Shown here: positions 17,133-25,951 of the stretch, piece after piece
Position numbering within the stretch: the stretch's first letter is position 1
How the letters are laid out: each line of letters opens with the position of its first letter
DNA from: an uncultured archaeon
GTDB taxonomy: Archaea; Asgardarchaeota; Thorarchaeia; Thorarchaeales; Thorarchaeaceae
NCBI GenBank assembly: GCA_964631415.1
Contig: CAZVZC010000023.1
Location: forward strand, 1 to 32,982
Reading direction: 5' to 3'
DNA length: 32,982 bases
Notes under the pieces: generated by a model
What the model saw: the letters and a program-made list of their open reading frames with translations, nothing else
Told to the model about the DNA's origin: nothing
Databases searched by the model: none
Program-made: the position numbers and the translations under genes

Positions 17133-19751
17133 TTGGAGGTCGCAGACTCAGACATACAGAGGAAACTCGCGAAACCTTACACAGTCTTGCTTCGTAGCGG
17201 CAAGCAAGAACTGACTACATTAGTGGGTATCTTCTCTGACGTTTTACGTGACAGGCAACATGCTCAGATAACAGGGGCCATCGAGTATGGTTACAGGGTA
17301 TCTGGCTTACTTGAGATCAAGCGAGCTTGGTTTGTGAAGTACAACAAGCCAGTGTACTTTCAAGAGAAGGAGTTCCATGACATACTCAGGAAGGCCAAGA
17401 ACATCCTTGTCCCAAACCAAGAGACCCCGGCATTCATGACAGACCTCAGAGACATGCTGTCACGGATCCAAGCTGTCGCCCCTCAAGTCGTTCCTGTCTG
17501 TCAACATTGTCTTCGTGAAGACCGGCTTACCGTGCTATCACGAAGGAATGCTGTCAAAGTATCCGAGACTCAGGTTTCGTGCTTGGCATGTGCACAGAGT
17601 GATCTCAAGACCGACCTCAAGAACATGGGCGTCAACCTGTCTCATGCCATGGTGGAGCAGCTCGAACGTCAAGTTTCCCGGATCAGGTCTGTGCCAAGGA
17701 TACTTGACATGTTGACCCCAGGCTTCGATCCACTCCAAGAACGGGATCTCACGTTGTTTGACACAATCGCTATACAAGAGGAAGAAGACACTCCATCGCT
17801 CTCTAGTCTGCCTATCCCCTCCAAGCTGATTGACGTCCTTCATTCAGAGGGCATTGAGAAGCTCCTGCCCGTTCAGAACATGGCAGTGGAGAAAGGCCTT
17901 CTCACTGGAACAAACCTGCTCGTTGTTTCATCAACAACCTCTGGCAAGACTCTCATAGGAGAGATTGCCGGCGTGCCCAAGGCCATGGCCGGGAAGAAGA
18001 TGGTGTACCTTGCGCCGCTAGTCGCTCTCACCAATGAGAAGTACGAGCAATTCAGGAAGAAGTACAAGCAGCTCGGGCTGCGCACTGGGATAAGAGTCGG
18101 CATGTCACACCTCGATGTGGGCAGAGAAGGCAAGCCCATTGTCGACACCGACATCTCCAAAGCAGACATAGTATGCGCGACTTACGAGGCGCTCGACATG
18201 GTGTTCCGGTCTGGTGACACCGGGATGCTCGGTGATGTGGGGACAGTCATCGTGGATGAGATACAGAACCTTGGTGACCCGGAGAGAGGACCAGAACTGG
18301 ACGGACTGGTCGCCAGACTCAGGTTCTATGCACCACACGCACAGATGCTGTGCCTTTCGGCAACAGTTGGATCTCCATCAAAACTGGCAAAGGAATTGAA
18401 CATGACTCTGGTTGAACACGTTGGCAGGCCTGTACCATTAGAGCGTCACCTCGTGTTTGCAAAGAGTGACGAGGAGAAGCGTGAGCTGATACGTAGGCTG
18501 GTCGTCGAGGAGTTCCGGAATGTGAGCAGCGCAGGCAACAAGGGACAGTCGATAGTGTTCACTTACTCTAGGCGTCGTGCCCATGCACTCAGTGACTGGC
18601 TGTGCGAGAGCCATGTATCGGCCGTTGTATACCACGGAGGACTGACATACAATCGAAGACGCAGCATTGAAGCATCATTCGCAAAACAGCGCTATGCCTG
18701 CGTGGTGACGACTGCAGCTTTAGGAGCTGGTGTCGACCTCCCTGCATCGCAGGTGATCTTCGAGTCTCTGGCAATGGGCGCGGACTGGCTCACCAACGCC
18801 GAGTTCGAGCAGATGCTAGGTCGTGCGGGACGTCTGGGCAAACATGACAGGGGACTTGTGTTCCTTCTCGTGCAGCCCGAGAGGAAGTATCACGGTGGGC
18901 AGGACAAGACTGAGGACGAGATGGCAGTGCAACTGCTGAATGGGGTTGTCGAAGATGTGGAGCCAACAGCCGACATTGAAGCCTGCGCAGAACAGACTCT
19001 GGCTATGATCTGTTCAACGGGGTTAGTTGACCTGAGAGAGGTTGCCAAGGCATACGGCAACTTGCTTTCCGCCACGGTACCCGCATCGGACGCACTCAAG
19101 TACTTGGTGCGGAACCGCATGATTCGCGTTCGCGAAGGTGGCCTCTACCCTACCGAGCTGGGGAGGGCAACATCGGTATCATTTCTTACTCCGACCGAGG
19201 GCTACCGAGTTGTCACGTTAGCTGGCAGCATGGACGTCATGGACATAGCCATCAAACTAGAGCCATTCGAGAACGTCTACCTCAGTGCTAGGCTCCAAGC
19301 TGAGGTGGACGCGGCCTTCAAGACTCACATGCCCACTCGTCTGTTCTCTGGAGTAATCTCAGACATAACGAGCCTCAATCGTCAGGCTGGAAACGTTAGA
19401 AGACTGCCCCAGTGGGTGCTTGACGTCTTTGCTCGATGGACCTCAGAGCTATTAGACTGCAGGTGTCGCGATTTTCCCGAGTGCGACCATGGAATGATCA
19501 AGCTCGGCAAATGGATTGTAGGCCGGCGAAAAGAGGGGCTGAACCCCTCCGGCATAGCAAAGCAACTACACGACCACTTTGAACTGTGGAGCTACCCTGG
19601 AGACCTGTTCACATGGTTGGACTCGCTGATTCACAACCTCAAAGCAGTTCAGAGGATAGCAGCCGTTGCCGGCAAGACTGATCTGAGTGCGGAAATAGAG
19701 GAGCAGGTCGCCAAGATAGAGCGACCTCTCCAAGCGGTTGGGAAAAACTAG
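17133..19751 (+). CDS. Archaea-specific Ski2-like SF2 helicase (COG1202/ASH-Ski2-like)
   Basis: LLPVQ Q-motif, TTSGKT, DEIQ, LSAT, YHGG, GAGVDLPA, QMLGRAGR; N-terminal CxxC...CxxC and C-terminal CxC...CxH. Confidence 0.9.
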   Translation: MEVADSDIQRKLAKPYTVLLRSGKQELTTLVGIFSDVLRDRQHAQITGAIEYGYRVSGLLEIKRAWFVKYNKPVYFQEKEFHDILRKAKNILVPNQETPAFMTDLRDMLSRIQAVAPQVVPVCQHCLREDRLTVLSRRNAVKVSETQVSCLACAQSDLKTDLKNMGVNLSHAMVEQLERQVSRIRSVPRILDMLTPGFDPLQERDLTLFDTIAIQEEEDTPSLSSLPIPSKLIDVLHSEGIEKLLPVQNMAVEKGLLTGTNLLVVSSTTSGKTLIGEIAGVPKAMAGKKMVYLAPLVALTNEKYEQFRKKYKQLGLRTGIRVGMSHLDVGREGKPIVDTDISKADIVCATYEALDMVFRSGDTGMLGDVGTVIVDEIQNLGDPERGPELDGLVARLRFYAPHAQMLCLSATVGSPSKLAKELNMTLVEHVGRPVPLERHLVFAKSDEEKRELIRRLVVEEFRNVSSAGNKGQSIVFTYSRRRAHALSDWLCESHVSAVVYHGGLTYNRRRSIEASFAKQRYACVVTTAALGAGVDLPASQVIFESLAMGADWLTNAEFEQMLGRAGRLGKHDRGLVFLLVQPERKYHGGQDKTEDEMAVQLLNGVVEDVEPTADIEACAEQTLAMICSTGLVDLREVAKAYGNLLSATVPASDALKYLVRNRMIRVREGGLYPTELGRATSVSFLTPTEGYRVVTLAGSMDVMDIAIKLEPFENVYLSARLQAEVDAAFKTHMPTRLFSGVISDITSLNRQAGNVRRLPQWVLDVFARWTSELLDCRCRDFPECDHGMIKLGKWIVGRRKEGLNPSGIAKQLHDHFELWSYPGDLFTWLDSLIHNLKAVQRIAAVAGKTDLSAEIEEQVAKIERPLQAVGKN

Positions 19752-19760
19752 TTAGAGTGT

Positions 19761-20036
19761 CTAAGTCTTCTCAGCATCCTGGGACTTGTCGACCTCGAAC
19801 ACAACCCGAAGATTACTAAGGCGATCTGGTTCCATCGAGTCGATGTTCATATCGAGCCAAGCATGGAGATCCTTTCGAATGGACTCCCTCGCGTTGAGTC
19901 GTCGCACAATTGCAGGGGATTCCTCTGACACCAGCTGGAAGCGTGTGCACCCACACTCGCAGGCGCCGTCAAGGACTCTGTCTATGTCAGCTGAGGTCTT
20001 GCCACACCCACGACACTTGAAAAGCATTCTAGACAT
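19761..20036 (-). CDS. Small Zn-ribbon protein (DUF2072/OapC-like N-terminus)
   Basis: CRGCGK...GACECGCTRF; start 20036 (alternatives 20042 or 20027). Confidence 0.68.
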   Translation of the reverse strand: MSRMLFKCRGCGKTSADIDRVLDGACECGCTRFQLVSEESPAIVRRLNARESIRKDLHAWLDMNIDSMEPDRLSNLRVVFEVDKSQDAEKT

Positions 20037-20206
20037 CTCCATCTGCCAGACGCCGAGTTCCTCTATGAGGATTGGTAATGCCGGGATAATACTCACAGAC
20101 TACGATCGATTCGACGGGAGTTCGCAACGTCAGTGTCTTTTGGTGAATCGTGCATAGGATTAGGCTTATCAGTCCCCCGTATGACACTAAGATGGGGCGC
20201 GAGAAT

Positions 20207-20509
20207 ATGGCCAAACCGTGTGCAGTCTGCCGTGGCAAGTCTAAGATGCGATGTGACCGATGTAGGAATGAATTCTGTCAAGAACATGCCGTCAGGTGCT
20301 CCTCATGCGGGACTATCACGTGTATCCGAGATCTCGCTCGCAAGACAGAATGTCCTGTCTGCAAAAGCCCTCTCAGCATCTGTCCTGAGTGTCTTATGAA
20401 CGGCAAGATTGTCCGACTAATCCCGCAGGTTCACCAGTGCCCCGAGTGCGGCTGGATAGCTAAAGCAGTATTAGGATTAGACAAAGAGCGAAAACAACTA
20501 CAGCAATGA
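20207..20509 (+). CDS. Small multi-Zn-finger protein (14 Cys in 100 aa)
   Basis: Six CxxC pairs plus CxxH and CxxD. Confidence 0.75.
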   Translation: MAKPCAVCRGKSKMRCDRCRNEFCQEHAVRCSSCGTITCIRDLARKTECPVCKSPLSICPECLMNGKIVRLIPQVHQCPECGWIAKAVLGLDKERKQLQQ

Positions 20510-20717
20510 TGAAGGCGACCTTCTGGGTCCTACTACCAAATCCCCAGACAATCGGTATAGGACCGAGCAGGACGACACCCTTGCTTTCCCGCCTCACTTG
20601 AGCACCGTCACCGTTCCTCGGTTTCATCATCATGACCAAGCCGGCTATCAGAATCAGAGTGCCAAAGACGATCAGCAGCAGAGCCACGATCTCGATCGGC
20701 ATTGTCGTCTGCATCAT
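20460..20717 (-). CDS. DUF131 / TIGR00304 family membrane protein
   Basis: GVVLLGPIPIVWG signature between two TM helices. Confidence 0.88.
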   Translation of the reverse strand: MMQTTMPIEIVALLLIVFGTLILIAGLVMMMKPRNGDGAQVRRESKGVVLLGPIPIVWGFGSRTQKVAFIIAVVVFALCLILILL

Positions 20718-20733
20718 CGCAATCCCAACTCCC

Positions 20734-21279
20734 TCATCTCATCCTCGTGCTTGGCAGAGCGAACGCCATGCTTTCATAACCGCCTACAGAGTCCCCCTCG
20801 TCAGCCCAAAGGACAACGATATCATCGTACACTTCGTGCTCAAGAAGACTCTCGATGCTTATCTTGCGGGTGCCAATGGGGAATCTCCACATTATCTCGA
20901 AGGGGTAGGGAGCCTTCTCCTCCTCAAGCCATGTTTCGATTTTGTTGGTACCCGGCGTGAACAGACCCCTGAAGTCAATCAAGTAGACGACAGCGACTAT
21001 GTGGGTCTCACCCTTCAGGAAGATGTCTATATAGTGGACCTCTGATGTGACACGTTTGCCATTTATCTCGACCCGCTCTTTGTCGAGGTAATACTGCATG
21101 TTGCCGGACAGCTTCTCAATCTCCAGCTTGAAAGATCCCTCGTCTTGGAGTACTCGCCGGTAGAAGCCGTTTGGATCGTCATACTCAAAACACAGGCGCT
21201 CATGTATCTCTCCTGACGTTGAAACAGAGAAGAAAGATTCAGCATGGATTGGTTCCACCATGTCTGAATGATCGTCCAT
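20734..21279 (-). CDS. Hypothetical acidic beta-rich protein
   Basis: 181-aa ORF tightly packed in a minus-strand run of genes. Confidence 0.75.
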   Translation of the reverse strand: MDDHSDMVEPIHAESFFSVSTSGEIHERLCFEYDDPNGFYRRVLQDEGSFKLEIEKLSGNMQYYLDKERVEINGKRVTSEVHYIDIFLKGETHIVAVVYLIDFRGLFTPGTNKIETWLEEEKAPYPFEIMWRFPIGTRKISIESLLEHEVYDDIVVLWADEGDSVGGYESMAFALPSTRMR

Positions 21280-21289
21280 TCACCGACAC

Positions 21290-22294
21290 CTACTCAAGCG
21301 ATACGGCGGCAAAGCCGGCAATACTCAAGTGGCTAGAGAACTTGCCAGCGTTGGCTGCAAAACAATACGTGATCCGCGGCGCGACTGCCTCGGTGAATTT
21401 CATGAGACCACGAAAGTCAGTATGGGCACTAAGCGGGAAACCTCCCCGGCTGACCTCTCGTAGAGCCCATCCAGAGAGGGTGTACGTGTTTATCCAACCC
21501 CACAGGTCTCTGGCACGCTCAGGGCCAAGAACTCTCTCGATGGCGCTATACGTGTGATTCGGAGAGGAACTCACAATAGCGCAGCCCCGCTCAAGCGTTT
21601 CAGAAGCCGCCTCTGAGTCCAGCGAAACGTATCTGAGATCCACTCCGTGACGAGAGTATACATCGCTGACGTCATCGATTACACGATTTCCCGAAAGCAC
21701 TTCCAGACCTTCTCTTTGCAGCACTGCGATTGCCTCTTGGGCCTTGCCCAGGGAATAAGCCTTGAACAGAGGAATTCTTCCTTCATCAAGCTCTGCTCTG
21801 GCCTTGTCAATAATCATCTTGTGCACAGTCGTCCTCTCCGGGAACACCCATTCTGGGGACCCATATGTGGCCTCAGTGATGAGCACATCAGCATGCACAG
21901 GTCGGGCAGCCCGATGAACGACGCTGTCAACCGCATTGTAGTCGCCCGTGTAGAGCACTCGGAGACCATCATCGAACTCCAGCAAGAACATTGCAGAGCC
22001 CAGCACATGGCCTGCGTTTAGAGCCGTGATTCTCACATGATTGAGTTCGATAGACTCATCATATGCTGCAACCGACGTGCAATCCGGCAAGGCTTCTCCT
22101 CTGGCAGCAAGTGTGTCCAGCGTCTCTGCCGTGGCCACAAGATTGCCAGAACAGGACAGGTTTGATACGTGATCGGCATGAGCATGCGATATCAGTGTAA
22201 CATCTGTACGAAGGCCCACGTCAAACGCAAGCTTCATCTCACGATAGTGGAGGACTATGCCTGAACCACTCTTGGTGAGCTTCAGCGTTGACAT
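21290..22294 (-). CDS. Metallo-beta-lactamase/beta-CASP family nuclease (COG1236-like)
   Basis: SHAHADH, AGHVLGS, YTGD, EATYG, AYSLGKAQE, LSAHTD motifs. Confidence 0.88.
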   Translation of the reverse strand: MSTLKLTKSGSGIVLHYREMKLAFDVGLRTDVTLISHAHADHVSNLSCSGNLVATAETLDTLAARGEALPDCTSVAAYDESIELNHVRITALNAGHVLGSAMFLLEFDDGLRVLYTGDYNAVDSVVHRAARPVHADVLITEATYGSPEWVFPERTTVHKMIIDKARAELDEGRIPLFKAYSLGKAQEAIAVLQREGLEVLSGNRVIDDVSDVYSRHGVDLRYVSLDSEAASETLERGCAIVSSSPNHTYSAIERVLGPERARDLWGWINTYTLSGWALREVSRGGFPLSAHTDFRGLMKFTEAVAPRITYCFAANAGKFSSHLSIAGFAAVSLE

Positions 22295-22372
22295 GTGACA
22301 ACCTTGGAACGCGGGGCTCCACAATCACAAAAGGCTTTCCAATCGTCGGTGAATACGTGAGCCACTTCTCCG

Positions 22373-23278
22373 TCACAGGACCTTGACCATGAGATTCATG
22401 GAGTCACACTCGGAGGATGATGCGGTCAGATTTCCCAGAGCTTTAACGCAGCCAAGCTCTGCCTTCCCTACAAGGGGCAGATGAATGGTCTTGATCCTTC
22501 CACGAGCAGAAAGATCACGAAGCCGACTTGCGGCGGCTTCCATGTTCATCATCTCACTATCCAAGGAGAGGAACGAGATGAAGACATCATCCCCGTGTGC
22601 TTCAAAGCCACATGCCAGCTGAGTACGCCCTTTGATCGTGACTGTCTTCAGTGACCCTCTCGAAACAGCCAAGTCCAGCGCCAGCCAGATTTGAGGGCAA
22701 GTCAGTCCGCCTCGCTCGCTCTGCTCCAACAGAAGCCGCCTAGCACCGTCGGCGTTCGGGTCTGCGTCCCAAGGACCCACGGCGCTTTTCGCGGAAGAAT
22801 GCTTTTGCAGCCTGACAGAGCATTGCCAAGCGGTTCCTACCTTTGCGAAGCCCATGTTCTCCAATTGGGCAGTCAATCCCTGTTCGAGCGCGTAGGTGAG
22901 AGGGAAGCGAATAGTTGATTGTTTCGCCGCAGTACCAACCAAGACTTCGATTTGGCGAATTGCAGCACTTCTAAAGAATGGCAGAGATGACCTGACCATC
23001 TGACTCAATATCCTCTCCTTCAGTCGAGGGTGAATGATCGCAGACACGAGACTGAACACAGAATGGACAAGGTCGTGATATACAGCAGTACCGCCTATTT
23101 CCTCGCCATTAATCGTGGCCAAGTACAGTAGAGTGCTCGGAAGTTCGAAGAATGAGCGTGCGTAGTCGTCGGTCCATGTACCTCTAGGTATAGACAGGGC
23201 TGTCTGCTCCATTCGAAGCCAAGCTCCAAGCTCTGACTTAGTCAGGCGCCTGTTGTACATCGTTGAAGACTCAGTCAT
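22373..23278 (-). CDS. Hypothetical protein, possible tandem GNAT-like fold
   Basis: LYLATINGEEIGG and LENMGFAKVG segments resemble GNAT elements; acetyl-CoA motif A is degenerate. Confidence 0.6.
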   Translation of the reverse strand: MTESSTMYNRRLTKSELGAWLRMEQTALSIPRGTWTDDYARSFFELPSTLLYLATINGEEIGGTAVYHDLVHSVFSLVSAIIHPRLKERILSQMVRSSLPFFRSAAIRQIEVLVGTAAKQSTIRFPLTYALEQGLTAQLENMGFAKVGTAWQCSVRLQKHSSAKSAVGPWDADPNADGARRLLLEQSERGGLTCPQIWLALDLAVSRGSLKTVTIKGRTQLACGFEAHGDDVFISFLSLDSEMMNMEAAASRLRDLSARGRIKTIHLPLVGKAELGCVKALGNLTASSSECDSMNLMVKVL

Positions 23279-23356
23279 GGCTGCTTCTGACTCCAGAGGG
23301 GTCCGTTCAGCCTAAGAATCCTTTGCAGTAGAGTCACGGCGCGGGTGTCATTCCTG

Positions 23357-23542
23357 TCAACTAGAGCCATCTCGAGCCATCCGTAGGACTTCGAGGAGTT
23401 CTACTGCATAAACCGGTGCCCTCCAATCGTGGCGCTTCTGAATCGCTCCTAAAGTGACCCCGCGATTCTCTGGAGTGCTTGCGACAATCTCGACCTGAGC
23501 CTTCTTCCTGGCTCTTTTGTCCCTTTCCTCTTGAAGATGCAT
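23357..23542 (-). CDS. Possible small hypothetical protein
   Basis: 61-aa ORF filling an otherwise ~370-bp gap; no motif. Confidence 0.3.
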   Translation of the reverse strand: MHLQEERDKRARKKAQVEIVASTPENRGVTLGAIQKRHDWRAPVYAVELLEVLRMARDGSS

Positions 23543-23650
23543 CCCATGTCGTGGAGGGGACAAAGGGCTTATGCGTCGATTTCTCTGACCTACAATCAAC
23601 GTTTTATGCAGGATGACCATTGAACAGCAGAGAGAATTGGGAGGCGTTCT

Positions 23651-24640
23651 ATGAAGTCATTGGTCCTGACGCGCAGCGGACTACAGATGGCAGACACGCC
23701 CCGACCTCCTCTCATGCCGGGTGACGTGAGGATTGAGGTCCGAGCGGTTGGCATCTGTGGAACGGACCTCTCTATTTGGCAGGGAAAGCTAGAAGCGAAG
23801 CTTCCCCTGGTCCTCGGCCATGAGATAGCGGGCGTTATTGACGAGAGCTCGGTCGGGGACATCGCGCCTGGAACCATCGTCACCACAGAGGCCGATTCAT
23901 ATTGTGGACGCTGCTGGTACTGCGCGAATGACATGAAGTCGCTCTGCACCGCTAAGAAGAGCCTTGGTATCACAGTCGACGGGGGCTTGGCTGAATATGT
24001 TAGCGTGCCTGCAGAATCGATTCATCCACTACCGCCTGCTGTTGATATGGTGTCGGGTACTTTTGTGGAGCCATTGGCAGCGGCTATACAGACGCAGATC
24101 CAATGCCCGGCCATGCCGCGCGAAACTGTCGTCGTCATCGGAAGTGGAAAGCTTGGCTTGCTCATCGCCCAAGTCTATGATGCATTCGGAGCCGACGTCT
24201 ATTTGGTGGGACGGAATCAGTGGAAGTTGGGACTGGCCAGACATCTTGGCCTGCGGAACACTATCAACTCATCGACAGGTGACTGGAAGAAGCAGATTCT
24301 CAATGCGACAGCCGGCCTTGGCCCAAGACTAGTGGTTGAGGCAACAGGCAACACCGATGGACTGAAGATGGCCCTTGAGATAGTCAGGGGAAGAGGGGTC
24401 ATCGCAATGAAGAGCATACATGGCCTGAAGAGTGACATCAACCCCAGCTACATCGTGGAGCGCGAGGTCGAAATCCGGGGAAGCACAGCAGGCTCATACG
24501 ACATGGCTATTGACATGTTGGCAAAGGGCCGCATTGAAGTTAAGCGGCTTGTGTCGAAGGAGTTCAGCTTAGATGAAGGAGTCAAGGCCTTCGAGCATGC
24601 CTCTCAACCGAATGTTACCAAGGTGATTGTCAGAGTCTGA
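23651..24640 (+). CDS. Zn-dependent alcohol dehydrogenase (MDR; threonine/sorbitol dehydrogenase-like)
   Basis: GICGTD, LGHE, CGRCWYC...C structural Zn, GSGKLG NAD-binding motif. Confidence 0.92.
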   Translation: MKSLVLTRSGLQMADTPRPPLMPGDVRIEVRAVGICGTDLSIWQGKLEAKLPLVLGHEIAGVIDESSVGDIAPGTIVTTEADSYCGRCWYCANDMKSLCTAKKSLGITVDGGLAEYVSVPAESIHPLPPAVDMVSGTFVEPLAAAIQTQIQCPAMPRETVVVIGSGKLGLLIAQVYDAFGADVYLVGRNQWKLGLARHLGLRNTINSSTGDWKKQILNATAGLGPRLVVEATGNTDGLKMALEIVRGRGVIAMKSIHGLKSDINPSYIVEREVEIRGSTAGSYDMAIDMLAKGRIEVKRLVSKEFSLDEGVKAFEHASQPNVTKVIVRV

Positions 24641-24651
24641 AGTGTGCCTAG

Positions 24652-25938
24652 ATGAATGAGTTCAATGTCGACCTCCATATCCACTCACTCCACTCTATTG
24701 GCGTCAGTAGCTCCATGACTGTTCCCCAGATTGCCGCTGGTGCGAAACAGAAGGGACTGGACATCCTAGGAACAGGAGACGTGACGCAGCCAGACTGGCT
24801 AGACCACCTGAAGACCAACCTGCATGAGTCGAACGGCGTTCTGACGCACGACTCAATTGCATTCATACCTACGGTCGAGATCGAGGACAACGAGTCCATC
24901 CATCACTTGGTGCTTCTTCCTTCCTTTGAGTCTGTGAAGGCGCTGAGGAAGACGCTCAAGGAATCATCTCCGAATCTGGACAGTGAGTGGGGCGGACGCC
25001 CAAGGGTCAGCATGAAGGGAGAGGGATTGGCGGCCGCGATTCGTGAAGCTGGGGGGATGATTGGACCTGCACATGCGTTCACGCCATTCAAGTCCGTCTT
25101 CCGCGAGGGGAAGTACGAGTCACTCCTAGGCTGTTACGGGAAGGAAACTGGAGCGGTCCATTTCCTTGAATTGGGTCTTTCTGCGGACACTGAGATTGCC
25201 GACTGCATCCCAGAGCTAGAGAAACTCACATTCATCACGTCAAGCGATGCTCATTCTCCGTCCCCAGACAAGCTCGGACGCGAGTTCGTCAGGTTCAGGA
25301 TGGAGGCACCTACCTATGACGAACTCAGAGCTGCCATCCTGAGAAAGGAGGGTAGACGTTCAGTTCTGAACATAGGATTAGACCCCAAACTGGGCAAGTA
25401 CTACTTATCATTCTGTAGTTCGTGCCGCAGAACGCTCGTGGTAGTCCCGGGCAGTGATCCTCCCAGCCATGATGATCTGAACATATACATGTCGTGCGAT
25501 TCGCAGGCAGAACAGATCGATCTACTGCGTGAGATACACAAGCGTCGAGTCAAATGCCCGGTGGACGGGAAGAACCTGCGGCTCGGAGTTCGGGACCGTG
25601 CTTCTATGATTGGCGGCAGTCTGAGTAAGTCACCTTCACACCGTCCACCCTATCTTCACATTCCACCGCTTCTTGACGTCATATCTACCGCACTGATGAG
25701 CAAATCGAAGTCGACAAGGACTGTCAGACTCATTTACGACAGGATGCTGAGCCAATTGGGTCAGGAAACTGCCATACTGACTGATGTGCCTGCTGAAACA
25801 GTTTCTGAGATTGACCAGAGGGTGGGCCAGATGGTTGATGAGTGCAGACAAGGGAGAGCCCGAATCGTCGCAGGTGGAGGGGGCAGATATGGCAGACTTA
25901 TCGCGCCTTGGGAAGAAGAAGGCCCCGAGAACCACTGA
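24652..25938 (+). CDS. endoQ: Endonuclease Q / TIGR00375 family PHP-domain protein
   Basis: DLHIHS, TVEIE, IHHL, GPAHAFTP, ELGLSAD, SDAHSP, LGKY, GGGGRYG. Confidence 0.87.
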   Translation: MNEFNVDLHIHSLHSIGVSSSMTVPQIAAGAKQKGLDILGTGDVTQPDWLDHLKTNLHESNGVLTHDSIAFIPTVEIEDNESIHHLVLLPSFESVKALRKTLKESSPNLDSEWGGRPRVSMKGEGLAAAIREAGGMIGPAHAFTPFKSVFREGKYESLLGCYGKETGAVHFLELGLSADTEIADCIPELEKLTFITSSDAHSPSPDKLGREFVRFRMEAPTYDELRAAILRKEGRRSVLNIGLDPKLGKYYLSFCSSCRRTLVVVPGSDPPSHDDLNIYMSCDSQAEQIDLLREIHKRRVKCPVDGKNLRLGVRDRASMIGGSLSKSPSHRPPYLHIPPLLDVISTALMSKSKSTRTVRLIYDRMLSQLGQETAILTDVPAETVSEIDQRVGQMVDECRQGRARIVAGGGGRYGRLIAPWEEEGPENH

Positions 25939-25951
25939 TGTCGTTAGTCAA

